Assembly: GCF_963976075.1 (NCBI RefSeq)
Contig: NZ_CAXBJH010000001.1
DNA length: 64,000 bases
Origin: an uncultured Hyphomonas sp.
GTDB lineage: Bacteria > Pseudomonadota > Alphaproteobacteria > Caulobacterales > Hyphomonadaceae
Reading direction: 5' to 3' (one strand)
This document shows, one piece after another, positions 1 to 8,727 of the stretch. Under the pieces are notes generated by a model. It saw only the letters and a program-made list of their open reading frames with translations, searched no databases and was not told the origin of the DNA. Both the position numbers and the translations under genes were made by a program. Positions within the stretch are counted from its first letter, which is position 1. Each line of letters starts with the position of its first letter.

Positions 1-1
1 C

Positions 2-84
2 GCGCTCATGCTGAGCGAAGTCGAAGCACAGGCGCGGGCTGGGTCCCGGATATTTGCTGACGCAAATTCCGGGATGACAGGAAC
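2..84. repeat. REP-type palindromic composite (B-type hairpin plus A-type GTCATCCCGG hairpin), right half of a nested element cut by the window edge
   Basis: 37-84 is identical (48 bp) to 1839-1886. 2-79 is an inverted copy of 1690-1766 with conserved arms and different loops. Confidence 0.9.
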
Positions 85-93
85 GTAAGTTCC

Positions 94-119
94 GGAACCC
101 ATCCCCCGCTCCCCGCGTT
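94..119 (+). promoter_or_regulatory. EcfG/sigmaT-type general stress promoter GGAAC-N17-CGTT
   Basis: GGAAC 94-98 and CGTT 116-119 with a 17-nt spacer, 34 nt upstream of the DUF3008-type gene. Confidence 0.75.
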
Positions 120-153
120 CCTTCCGCAAACCTCAAGCGAGAAGGAGCCCCCA

Positions 154-339
154 ATGCCTGCCCAATCCGAAGCCCAGCAAAAGGCCGCCGGCGCGGCCCT
201 GTCCGCCAAACGCGGCGACACCAAGGTCAGCGACCTGCAAGGCGCCTCGAAAGAGATGTACGATTCGATGAGCGAGAAAGAACTCGAAGACCTCGCCTCG
301 ACGAACCATGACGACCTCCCCGAAAAGAAGGGGGACTGA
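154..339 (+). CDS. DUF3008-family small stress protein (61 aa)
   Basis: MPAQSEAQQKAAGAALSAKRG...SMSEKELEDLAST signature; GGAG RBS upstream. Confidence 0.85.
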   Translation: MPAQSEAQQKAAGAALSAKRGDTKVSDLQGASKEMYDSMSEKELEDLASTNHDDLPEKKGD

Positions 340-350
340 GTCTCCTCCGC

Positions 351-442
351 CCGCCTCCCCGGGCTCGACCCGGGGTCTCATGCGGCGGCTCCGCGCCCTC
401 AGCTGCAAGAGACTCCGGCGTTCGCCGGAGATACGGAATGGG
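351..442. repeat. 92-bp REP doublet (REPIN-like), copy 1
   Basis: Hairpins CCCCGGG-CTCGA-CCCGGGG and CTCCGGCG-TT-CGCCGGAG arranged as an inverted pair; 82/92 identical to 790-881. Confidence 0.9.
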
Positions 443-448
443 GGAAGT

Positions 449-733
449 TCAGAGCAGCGTTTCGGCGAGATCCCGCCACTGAGGATTGATCTCCTCCACC
501 AACTCGATCTTCCAGACACGTTTCCAGTTCTTGATCTGATGTTCCCGTGCGACGGCCTCCTCACGGGTATCGAGCACCTCATACCAGGCGAGAATCTCGC
601 AATTGTACTTGTCTGTGAAACCGGGGACCACATGGCAGCGATGCTCCCACGCCCGGCGGTTCAGATCATCCGTCTGCCCGCAATAGAGCGTGCCACGCGG
701 CTTGTTGGTCATGATGTAGGTGTAGAAAGCCAT
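449..733 (-). CDS. small GIY-YIG endonuclease (COG2827/UPF0213-like, 94 aa)
   Basis: FYTY...LYCGQT..L.RR..EH...GFT.KY...E...RE.Q.K.W motifs. Confidence 0.9.
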   Translation of the reverse strand: MAFYTYIMTNKPRGTLYCGQTDDLNRRAWEHRCHVVPGFTDKYNCEILAWYEVLDTREEAVAREHQIKNWKRVWKIELVEEINPQWRDLAETLL

Positions 734-749
734 GCCAATCCCCCGGATG

Positions 750-777
750 AGTTTGGCAATCCGGCTTCAAGTGTCAA
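750..777 (-). promoter_or_regulatory. sigma70-like promoter of the GIY-YIG gene
   Basis: TTGACA (777-772), 16-nt spacer, CAAACT (755-750) on the minus strand, lying between the two repeats. Confidence 0.55.
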
Positions 778-789
778 TATCCCCTCACT

Positions 790-881
790 CCGCCTCCCCG
801 GGCTTGATCCGGGGTCTCGTGCGGCGGCTCCGCGCTTCAAGCCGCAAGAGACTCCGGCGTGCGCCGGAGAAACGGAATGGG
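790..881. repeat. 92-bp REP doublet (REPIN-like), copy 2
   Basis: Direct repeat of 351-442 with 10 mismatches; both hairpins retained (one stem mismatch in the first). Confidence 0.9.
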
Positions 882-933
882 CATAGAGTCACCCCCAATC
901 CGTCTGAGACCCCGCGCCCCCATCCTGTTCCGC

Positions 934-1608
934 ATGAGCCATTCGCCTGCGGACCTTCTCTTTCATGCGGCCCGGTTCAGCCTTGAGCGGCTGGACTGGC
1001 TGGCCGGGGACATGCGCCGCGCGCTGGGGCTGGGCCGCCTGCCCTGCCTGCCTTTCCTCGCGCGCTGGCAACTCCGCCAGCTGACACGCTTCCTCGCCCA
1101 GGCCGAGCCGCTGCTGCGCCGCCTGATCGTGCTCATGGCCGCAGACCTTGGCGCGCTGCCCGCTCGTCCCCGCGGCGAGCCGGCCGCCCGCGTCGCTCCC
1201 AGCCAGAAACCACCCAACCGCCCCCTCTTCCCGCAGCCGCATTTCCGCCTCTGCGAAGCCGCCCCCAGCCAGACGCCTCGCACGCCGCCGCCGAAGCGCT
1301 TCCGCACCGGGCCGCGCATCCGCCGCCTCGATGTCGAGACGCCGGTCGATCTCTCCGACTATCCCCCAGATCCGCACGATATCCTGCCCGCCACGCGGCA
1401 GGTTCGCCGCCTGCTGGCGCTGGAGGATGCGCTGGAAAACCTGCCCCGCTATGTCGAGGCGATGCGCCGCCTTCTCGCCGGCCCGCGCCCTGTCATCGCC
1501 CGCGCCCTGCCGCCCGCCTTTTGCCGCTTGCCGGTGACGCAAGCCGAACAGGTGACGCTGACGGAGCTGCATGAGGCGGCCGTGCGCGAAACTCCGGATA
1601 CGTCCTGA
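934..1608 (+). CDS. hypothetical Pro/Arg-rich protein (224 aa from the ATG at 934)
   Basis: GC3-rich codon usage from 934; motifs AE..LRRLIV.MAA and RRLLALEDALE.LP. The upstream in-frame extension to 859 runs through the repeat. Confidence 0.65.
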   Translation: MSHSPADLLFHAARFSLERLDWLAGDMRRALGLGRLPCLPFLARWQLRQLTRFLAQAEPLLRRLIVLMAADLGALPARPRGEPAARVAPSQKPPNRPLFPQPHFRLCEAAPSQTPRTPPPKRFRTGPRIRRLDVETPVDLSDYPPDPHDILPATRQVRRLLALEDALENLPRYVEAMRRLLAGPRPVIARALPPAFCRLPVTQAEQVTLTELHEAAVRETPDTS

Positions 1609-1689
1609 GGCGGATCATGATTCCTGAAACCATGTTACCGGCCGGGCGGGCCCCGCGCCGGGGTCTGGTGCTGCACGCCTCTTATTTCT

Positions 1690-1886
1690 TGTCATCCCGG
1701 AAAGCGCCCCGCGCTTATCCGGGACCCAGCCCGCTTACATGCTTCGACTTCGCTCAGCATGAGCGCTCTTTTTTTGCGCCACATGCCGCACTCATCCTGA
1801 GCGAAGTCGAAGGATAATGAGTCTCCCGCAAAACCTGCGGCTGGGTCCCGGATATTTGCTGACGCAAATTCCGGGATGACAGGAAC
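1690..1886. repeat. nested REP composite A[B B']A'
   Basis: Outer inverted pair TGTCATCCCGG...CCGGGACCCAGC (1690-1730) and GCTGGGTCCCGG...CCGGGATGACA (1840-1881). Inner inverted pair CTTCGACTTCGCTCAG (1742-1757) and CTGAGCGAAGTCGAAG (1797-1812). Confidence 0.9.
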
Positions 1887-1898
1887 AGGGAAGCAGCC

Positions 1899-2618
1899 CT
1901 ATTCCAGCAAACTCAATCCCACGCCCGCAAAGCTGATCTCCCGCTCGTCCACATCGAGGCCCATCGCCTCGGCGCGCTCAAGAATCTCCTCCGCATCCGG
2001 CAAATAGAGCCCGAACGCGGCCAGCCGCTCTGTCTTGCCTTCCCGGAACACGATCGCGCCATCATCGAGATAGAGCACGCGCTCATCCACGGTCAGCCCC
2101 AGCGCCAGGGCCCAGCGCTGGGCGAGGCCGTCCGGGTCCGGTGATTCCATTGCGGCGCTGGCCAGCCGTCCCGGCACGGCCTGCTCGCGCCAGTGCGGCC
2201 CGCCCCAGCGCCAGCTGCCCGCCGGGCGCGCCTCATCGACGGAGACAATCGCCCCGCCAATATCGGCCGGATGAAGATGGCTCGCGGAAATGTCCGGCAG
2301 GTCTATGTTCCAGACGCGGCGAATGCCCATCCCGTCCACGCGGGCCCGCAGGGCATCAAGATCATCGGTCTGGAAGATCGCCATATAGCCGCCCTCCCCG
2401 CCCCGGTCGATGAAACGCTGGGCGGGCGCGGCCTCCGCGATCGGCACGACCACTTCCAGGAACTGGTCCCCAATCGCATAGACGCGGTTCTCAAGGCCAA
2501 ACTCCCGGACCCCCGGATCAATGAACGGCTCACCAAGGCCGAGCAGTTCGCCGAGTTGGTCCGCCGTCTCCAGTGTCGCCGCCGCAATCACCAGCTGGCG
2601 CAAGCGTGGTATCGTCAT
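1899..2618 (-). CDS. VOC/glyoxalase-like protein
   Basis: RLRQLVIAA...GLENRV..IGDQFLEVV.P...GEGGYM.I.Q...LHP.D.GG pattern. Confidence 0.75.
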   Translation of the reverse strand: MTIPRLRQLVIAAATLETADQLGELLGLGEPFIDPGVREFGLENRVYAIGDQFLEVVVPIAEAAPAQRFIDRGGEGGYMAIFQTDDLDALRARVDGMGIRRVWNIDLPDISASHLHPADIGGAIVSVDEARPAGSWRWGGPHWREQAVPGRLASAAMESPDPDGLAQRWALALGLTVDERVLYLDDGAIVFREGKTERLAAFGLYLPDAEEILERAEAMGLDVDEREISFAGVGLSLLE

Positions 2619-2726
2619 GCCGGTCTTCCCCCTGTTCTGGTTTCTCTGCCCAATACAATATCATAACAATCGCTACGCTATCACAGCGGAATTGACCTGA
2701 CCGCCCACACCCGCCATCAGGACGTC

Positions 2727-3701
2727 ATGAGCGATCACACACATTCCCCCGGCCACACGCACGAGCATGACCACGATCATGGCCACGGGCACAGCCATGA
2801 CCATGATGCCGACATGACGAGCGCCGATTCCCGCCGCCGCGTCGCGATTGCCGGCCTGCTGACAGCCGCCTTCATGTTCGCCGAAGTGGCCGGCGGCCTG
2901 ATCTCTGGCTCGCTGGCCCTCCTGGCGGACGCCGCGCACATGCTGACCGATGCGGGCTCGCTGGCCCTCGCCTGGGTCGGGTACAAGCTGGCCGAGCGCC
3001 CGGCCGACCCCCAGCGCACCTATGGCTTCGCGCGGATGAAGATCCTCGCCGCCTTCACCAATGGCATCCTTCTGGTCCTGCTCTCGCTCTGGATCGTCTG
3101 GGAAGCCATCCACCGCCTGCTCGACCCGGTCGAGGTGATGGGCAATGTGCTGATGGTCGTCGCCGTCGGCGGCCTGCTGGTCAACATTCTCGCCTTTGCC
3201 ATCCTGCATGGCGGCAGCAAGGATGACCTGAACCTGCAAGGCGCGCTCTGGCATGTGGCGGGCGACCTGCTTGGCTCCATCGCCGCCATAGGCGCGGCGA
3301 TCATCATCATGACCACGGGCTGGATGGCCGCCGACCCGATCCTGTCGGTGCTGGTCGCCCTGCTGGTCCTGTTTGCCGGCGTGCGCATCGCCCGCAAATC
3401 CGGTCACATCCTGCTCGAAGGCACGCCGGTCGGGCTCGACCCCGAGGATATCCAGGCAGACCTCGTCGCCGAAATCGAGGGCGTCGCCAGCGTCGCGCAT
3501 TTCCATGCCTGGGCCCTGACCGAGCAAAAGCCCCTGATCACGCTGGAAGTCACCGCCGCCCCCGGCGCCGATCCGGACCAGCTGCGCCGCGCGGTCAAGG
3601 AGCGCCTCGCCAGCCGCTTCAACGTCTCCCATGCCACCGTTGAGGTCGTCCGCGCAGGCAATGGCACCGGTTTGGACCCCGCCGGGCAGTGTTCACATTG
3701 A
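2727..3701 (+). CDS. cation diffusion facilitator (CzcD/ZitB-like Zn/Co/Cd exporter)
   Basis: His-rich N-terminus, SLALLADAAHMLTD, HVAGDLLGS, FHAWAL; six hydrophobic segments. Confidence 0.92.
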   Translation: MSDHTHSPGHTHEHDHDHGHGHSHDHDADMTSADSRRRVAIAGLLTAAFMFAEVAGGLISGSLALLADAAHMLTDAGSLALAWVGYKLAERPADPQRTYGFARMKILAAFTNGILLVLLSLWIVWEAIHRLLDPVEVMGNVLMVVAVGGLLVNILAFAILHGGSKDDLNLQGALWHVAGDLLGSIAAIGAAIIIMTTGWMAADPILSVLVALLVLFAGVRIARKSGHILLEGTPVGLDPEDIQADLVAEIEGVASVAHFHAWALTEQKPLITLEVTAAPGADPDQLRRAVKERLASRFNVSHATVEVVRAGNGTGLDPAGQCSH

Positions 3702-3706
3702 TCTGA

Positions 3707-4756
<1,050 letters not shown>

Positions 4757-4760
4757 CGCC

Positions 4761-5525
4761 TCAGAGCATCCCCGCCGCGATCTCTTCGGCGCGGCGGTCA
4801 TCTCTCAGCATCTCGGCCTTCAGCATGGCGGCCCGCGCCTGCATGACACGCTCCAGCTCTGTGTCCACGGGCGCGGCCAGCGCCGCATCGAGCGCGGACA
4901 GCACTTCATCATGATATTTGCGGGCATTCAGCGCCGCCAGCGCCCGCGCCCATTGCCAATGCACGGAGGCGTCATCCGACGCGGCGGCCGTAGCCGCCTC
5001 GTAATGCGCCCGGCCATCGGAGACCCCTGCCCCCAGGATCATGGCGCCGATCCGCCCGCCCCGGTGGACGACTTCCAGATTCCAGACCGACAGGAAGCCA
5101 TGCGCATAGACATTGCCGGGCTCATCCTCCAGCACGCCTTCGGCCAGATCCCGCGCCTCCTCGGCCCAGCCGGTCTTGCGCGCCTCGCGCACGCTCATCG
5201 GCCGAAGGATCAGGGACAAGGCAATCGCCCGCTGCAGGCGTGCTTCCGAATGGGACGGGTCCATGATGAGTGCGACATTGGCATCCTCCAATGCCCGGTG
5301 CAGCATATCCTCCGGTGGGTCAGCCGGCCCCGACATCGCCTCTGCCAGCAGCGCCCGCGCGCGAAAGGCCAGCGCATCCGCAGTTTTGCTATCCGACAGT
5401 TCCGTGAGGGCGGCATCATACTCCCCCCGGACAAAGGCCGCCTCCGCTGCCGCTTCGTCAGCCACCGCCAAGGGCGCAATGGCCAGGCCCGCCAGAACGA
5501 ATGCAAGGAAAACTGTTCGCCTCAT
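4761..5525 (-). CDS. exported all-helical (TPR-like) hypothetical protein
   Basis: Signal peptide MRRTVFLAFVLAGLAIAPLAVA; Ala-rich helical repeats. Confidence 0.7.
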   Translation of the reverse strand: MRRTVFLAFVLAGLAIAPLAVADEAAAEAAFVRGEYDAALTELSDSKTADALAFRARALLAEAMSGPADPPEDMLHRALEDANVALIMDPSHSEARLQRAIALSLILRPMSVREARKTGWAEEARDLAEGVLEDEPGNVYAHGFLSVWNLEVVHRGGRIGAMILGAGVSDGRAHYEAATAAASDDASVHWQWARALAALNARKYHDEVLSALDAALAAPVDTELERVMQARAAMLKAEMLRDDRRAEEIAAGML

Positions 5526-5590
5526 AGGTGAACATCATAGGGCGCCCAGCCCCGCAGGACCAGCCAAACCCCAAATTTTCAACTTGAAAA

Positions 5591-5667
5591 TGGTGGTTCG
5601 GGGGAGACTTGAACTCCCGACCTCGCGATTATGAGTCGCGCGCTCTAACCAGCTGAGCTACCGAACC
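5591..5667 (-). tRNA. tRNA with CAT anticodon (elongator Met or lysidine-modified Ile2; not the initiator)
   Basis: Cloverleaf GGTTCGG/CCGAACC, TAGCTCAG D arm, CGCGA-CTCATAA-TCGCG, GTTCAAGTC T arm, encoded CCA. Confidence 0.95.
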
Positions 5668-5758
5668 GTTTCGCATGTTGCGAAGCGCGCCTATTACACG
5701 CGGTTTCGCCCCTCTGCAACCATCTGACCTGCATGGGATGCAGGAGATTTCCGGGCCC

Positions 5759-6139
5759 TCAATCGGCCTCCCCTGCCCCACCGCCCAGACCCGACACCCA
5801 GAGCGCCGCGATGAAGGCGCCCTTGATGCGCGGGAGCAGCAGGAGGACCGCGCCGGTGACCGCGATCGCGGCCATTGGCAAGGCTGCCCAGAGGGGAAAA
5901 TGGCCAAACGAGACGAAGAAGGTGATCGCCACCAGGAACGGGCCGAGTGACAGGACGGTCAGCCAGGCCGGGCCATCATCCGCGCGGATCGCGCCCAATG
6001 GCTCGCCGCACTGGTCACACATATCCGCCTGTTTCAGATAGGCCCGGAAAATCCGCCCCTGCCCGCACTTCGGACAGCGAAAGCGCAGGCCGCGCCAGAT
6101 GGCGGTCATCAGGCTCGGCGCTGCATTGGGCACGGTCAT
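5759..6139 (-). CDS. DUF983-family membrane protein
   Basis: RCPKCGQG...CDQCG...ADDGPAW zinc-ribbon pattern followed by two TM segments. Confidence 0.85.
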   Translation of the reverse strand: MTVPNAAPSLMTAIWRGLRFRCPKCGQGRIFRAYLKQADMCDQCGEPLGAIRADDGPAWLTVLSLGPFLVAITFFVSFGHFPLWAALPMAAIAVTGAVLLLLPRIKGAFIAALWVSGLGGGAGEAD

Positions 6140-6146
6140 GCCCGCA

Positions 6147-7778
6147 TCAGGCCGTCTGGCGGTGGCCCGCCTCAGCCGCCGCCGCGCGGTCGGCCAGGAG
6201 GATATCGACCAGACTTGCGACCAGCGCACGCGGCCGGATCGGCTTTTCGATGATCGTGGTGAAGCCCGCCTGCTCGCAGGCCAGCCGCCGCTCGGGGCTG
6301 ACATCGGCGGTGACGGCAATGATCGGCGCCAGCGCATTTGGCCCGCGCGCGGCGCGAATGGCGGCCAGCACCTCGTCGCCACTTGCCCCCGGCAGGTGAA
6401 TGTCGGTCAGGATGGCCTGATAGGGATGGGTCGCGGCGCGGTCGATGGCGTCCTCGGCGGTCTGCACCGTGTCGACCTGCCAGCCGGCGGCCGACAGGGC
6501 ACGGGTCACGACCAGCGCGCTGACGGCATGGTCTTCGGCAAGCAGGATGCGGCCCAGCTCGAAGGCGCGCATGCGCGGCTTGGGCGGCGCGCCGGTAACG
6601 GCAAGGCGCGGACCCGCCCGTTCGACGGGCATGGTGACGGTAAAGATGGAGCCGCCTTCGGGATTGTCGGCAAGGGTGATCTCTCCCCCCAGCCGGCGGG
6701 CGAGCCCCTTGGCGATGGAGAGGCCAAGGCCAAAGCCGCCATGCGTGCCGGCGGTTGAGGGCCGGGCCTGTTCGAAGGCCTGGAACAGGCGCGCCTTGTC
6801 GGTATCGGTAATGCCACAGCCCGTGTCTTCCACCGTCATGCGCAGTTTCAGATTGCCGGCGGCCTCAAGGGTCGATAGCTCCACGCCGATATAGCCGCGC
6901 TCGGTGAATTTCAGCGCATTGCTCATCAGATTGAACAGGATCTGGCGGATGCGCATGGCATCGGCCTCAAGCCGCGCGACCGCGCCGCCCGCTACCTTGA
7001 TGCGCAGATCCAGACGCTTGCCGGCAATGCGGGACTGCCAGAGGTCCCGGGCGTCATTGGCGAATTCATGCAGGTCGAAGGGGGCATTGTTGACGGCCAG
7101 CTTGCCAGCCTCAAGGCGCGACAGGTCCAGCAGATCGGTCAGCAGCCGGTCGAGATGGTGCCCGCTTTCGGAAATCGTGCGCGCGAGGCGTTTCGGCTCG
7201 CCGCCATTCACGCTGTCCTGAAGCAGATCGGCCACGCCGAGAATGCCGGTCAGGGGCGTGCGGATTTCGTGGCCGACAAAGGCCAGGAAGCGCGCCTTTT
7301 CCTGATCGAAGGCCCCGGCGTCGTTCTTTGTCTTCTGCAAGCGTTTCTGGGCGACCTGCATCGCGCGGGCGCGGGCCGCATTTTCCAGCGCCACCGCAGA
7401 GAGCAGCGCAGACGGGCTGATCAGGCCGAGATATTTGCCCTCAGACAGGACGATCACCCCATCGGTCAGGGCCGAGGTCGAGCCGTCCGCCGCGAGTTTC
7501 GCGACCAGGCCCACCGGGGTGCCGGCCTCGCACATGACGGGCTGGTCGCGCATCAGGTCGGTGATGCGGGCCGCGCCGTTTGACTGGCGGCCACTGGGCG
7601 TGGCCAACGCTTCGATGACGGCGCGCCGCGTGACCATGCCAAGCGCGGCGCCATCGCTGACGATGGGCACGGCGAACTGGTCAGGATCGGCCAGCAATCG
7701 TGTAAACACCGCCGAGACGGTCACAGCTGTTGGAACAGGCCGCACGGCGACCGCAATGTCTTCTACGCGTACCGGCAT
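6147..7778 (-). CDS. hybrid histidine kinase with N-terminal CBS pair (CBS-HisKA-HATPase-REC)
   Basis: HEIRTPL H-box, NLMSNALKF, DTGCG, GFGLGL; REC domain LLAED..TDIHLP..KP. Start taken at the ATG at 7778 (ORF extends to 7850). Confidence 0.9.
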   Translation of the reverse strand: MPVRVEDIAVAVRPVPTAVTVSAVFTRLLADPDQFAVPIVSDGAALGMVTRRAVIEALATPSGRQSNGAARITDLMRDQPVMCEAGTPVGLVAKLAADGSTSALTDGVIVLSEGKYLGLISPSALLSAVALENAARARAMQVAQKRLQKTKNDAGAFDQEKARFLAFVGHEIRTPLTGILGVADLLQDSVNGGEPKRLARTISESGHHLDRLLTDLLDLSRLEAGKLAVNNAPFDLHEFANDARDLWQSRIAGKRLDLRIKVAGGAVARLEADAMRIRQILFNLMSNALKFTERGYIGVELSTLEAAGNLKLRMTVEDTGCGITDTDKARLFQAFEQARPSTAGTHGGFGLGLSIAKGLARRLGGEITLADNPEGGSIFTVTMPVERAGPRLAVTGAPPKPRMRAFELGRILLAEDHAVSALVVTRALSAAGWQVDTVQTAEDAIDRAATHPYQAILTDIHLPGASGDEVLAAIRAARGPNALAPIIAVTADVSPERRLACEQAGFTTIIEKPIRPRALVASLVDILLADRAAAAEAGHRQTA

Positions 7779-7927
7779 GGAGGCGGCGGTGTCCTTACAC
7801 AGGTTAAGAAGCCACCTTGCTTCATAAACCTTTACGCGCCGCAAACACATTCCTAACCAAAAATGAATGCCCGATCCCCTGAGAGGACCGGGCGTTCAAT
7901 TTGGTAACACTTCCGCGCGAAGTGCGC

Positions 7928-8527
7928 TTATTTGACGTCGCTGCGATGGTGCACGATCTGGCCGACCAGACCGTACTCGACAGCTTCGGCCGCGCTCATC
8001 CAGAAGTCACGATCGGTGTCTTCCTTGATCTTCGCGAGTGACTTGCCCGTGGCCTCCGCAAAGATGTTGTTGAGGCGTTCGCGCATCTTGATGATCTCGC
8101 GGGCCTGGATTTCAACATCCGTGGCCTGGCCGCCAACACCGCCCCGCGGTTCATGAAGCAGGAAGCGGGTGTTCGGCAGGCAGAAGCGATTTTCCTTCTT
8201 CGCCGCCGCATAGATCAGCGCGCCGGCCGAGGCGACCCAGCCGGTGCCGAGGATTTTCACGGGCGCTTCGACGAATTTGATCATGTCATGGATCATGTCG
8301 CCGCTTTCGACGTGGCCGCCGGGCGAAGACAGAACCAGCAGGATCGGCTCCTTGCTCTCGGCCGACAGGGCCAGCAGGCGCTGGCTGACGCGGCGGGCGG
8401 CATGGAAATCGATGCCGCCGGTCAGCAGGATGGTGCGGGCCTTGAACAGCGCTTCCTCAAGGAAGGCATTCGGCTCGGACTGGGGCTTTTCTTCTGTCTC
8501 GTCATCGAGGCGGTGCAAAAGGTTCAT
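7928..8527 (-). CDS. clpP: ATP-dependent Clp protease proteolytic subunit (stand-alone ClpP paralog)
   Basis: SSPGG, ASAG (Ser), LLHEP (His), DRD (Asp); no clpX adjacent. Confidence 0.9.
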   Translation of the reverse strand: MNLLHRLDDETEEKPQSEPNAFLEEALFKARTILLTGGIDFHAARRVSQRLLALSAESKEPILLVLSSPGGHVESGDMIHDMIKFVEAPVKILGTGWVASAGALIYAAAKKENRFCLPNTRFLLHEPRGGVGGQATDVEIQAREIIKMRERLNNIFAEATGKSLAKIKEDTDRDFWMSAAEAVEYGLVGQIVHHRSDVK

Positions 8528-8641
8528 GAGGACTCCGAAAGGCGGGAAATCTGGTTGAGCCTATAGGTGAGGTGCCACGCGCGCCGGGTCAAGGCTGGAC
8601 CTGCCTGTCTGCGGGAAAATCTGTGACAGCGGCCAGCGCGA

Positions 8642-8727
8642 TCAGGCCGCCTTACGATGATGCGGGAGACATCCTCGGCGTAGTGCTGGGCCTTTTTTTC
8701 GCCGACGCCGCTGATCAGGTGCAGATC
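8642..8727 (-). pseudogene. displaced degenerate copy of the recQ 3' end
   Basis: 8659-8724 matches 10193-10258 at 64/66 nt. It reads [23 protein letters not shown], then a 1-nt deletion, then KAA-TGA. Confidence 0.85.

Noticed and set aside
133-986. ORFs 133-633 (-), 308-886 (+) and 732-986 (+)
   Set aside because: They overlap the DUF3008 and GIY-YIG genes and read through stop-poor repeats; shadow frames.
2-1886. Clustered repeats as a possible CRISPR array
   Set aside because: No regular repeat-spacer period, the repeats are inverted hairpin pairs of several families, and no cas genes are present.
2727-2810. CAY-GAY/GGC repeats (His-rich tract) in the CDF transporter
   Set aside because: An ordinary metal-binding His-rich tail for this family.
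5591-5667. tRNA as a prophage/island attachment site
   Set aside because: I found no duplicate of the tRNA 3' end and no integrase in the window.
7800-7860. Weak CtrA-like sites upstream of the hybrid kinase (also around 10126)
   Set aside because: Two or more mismatches to TTAA-N7-TTAA; not distinguishable from background.
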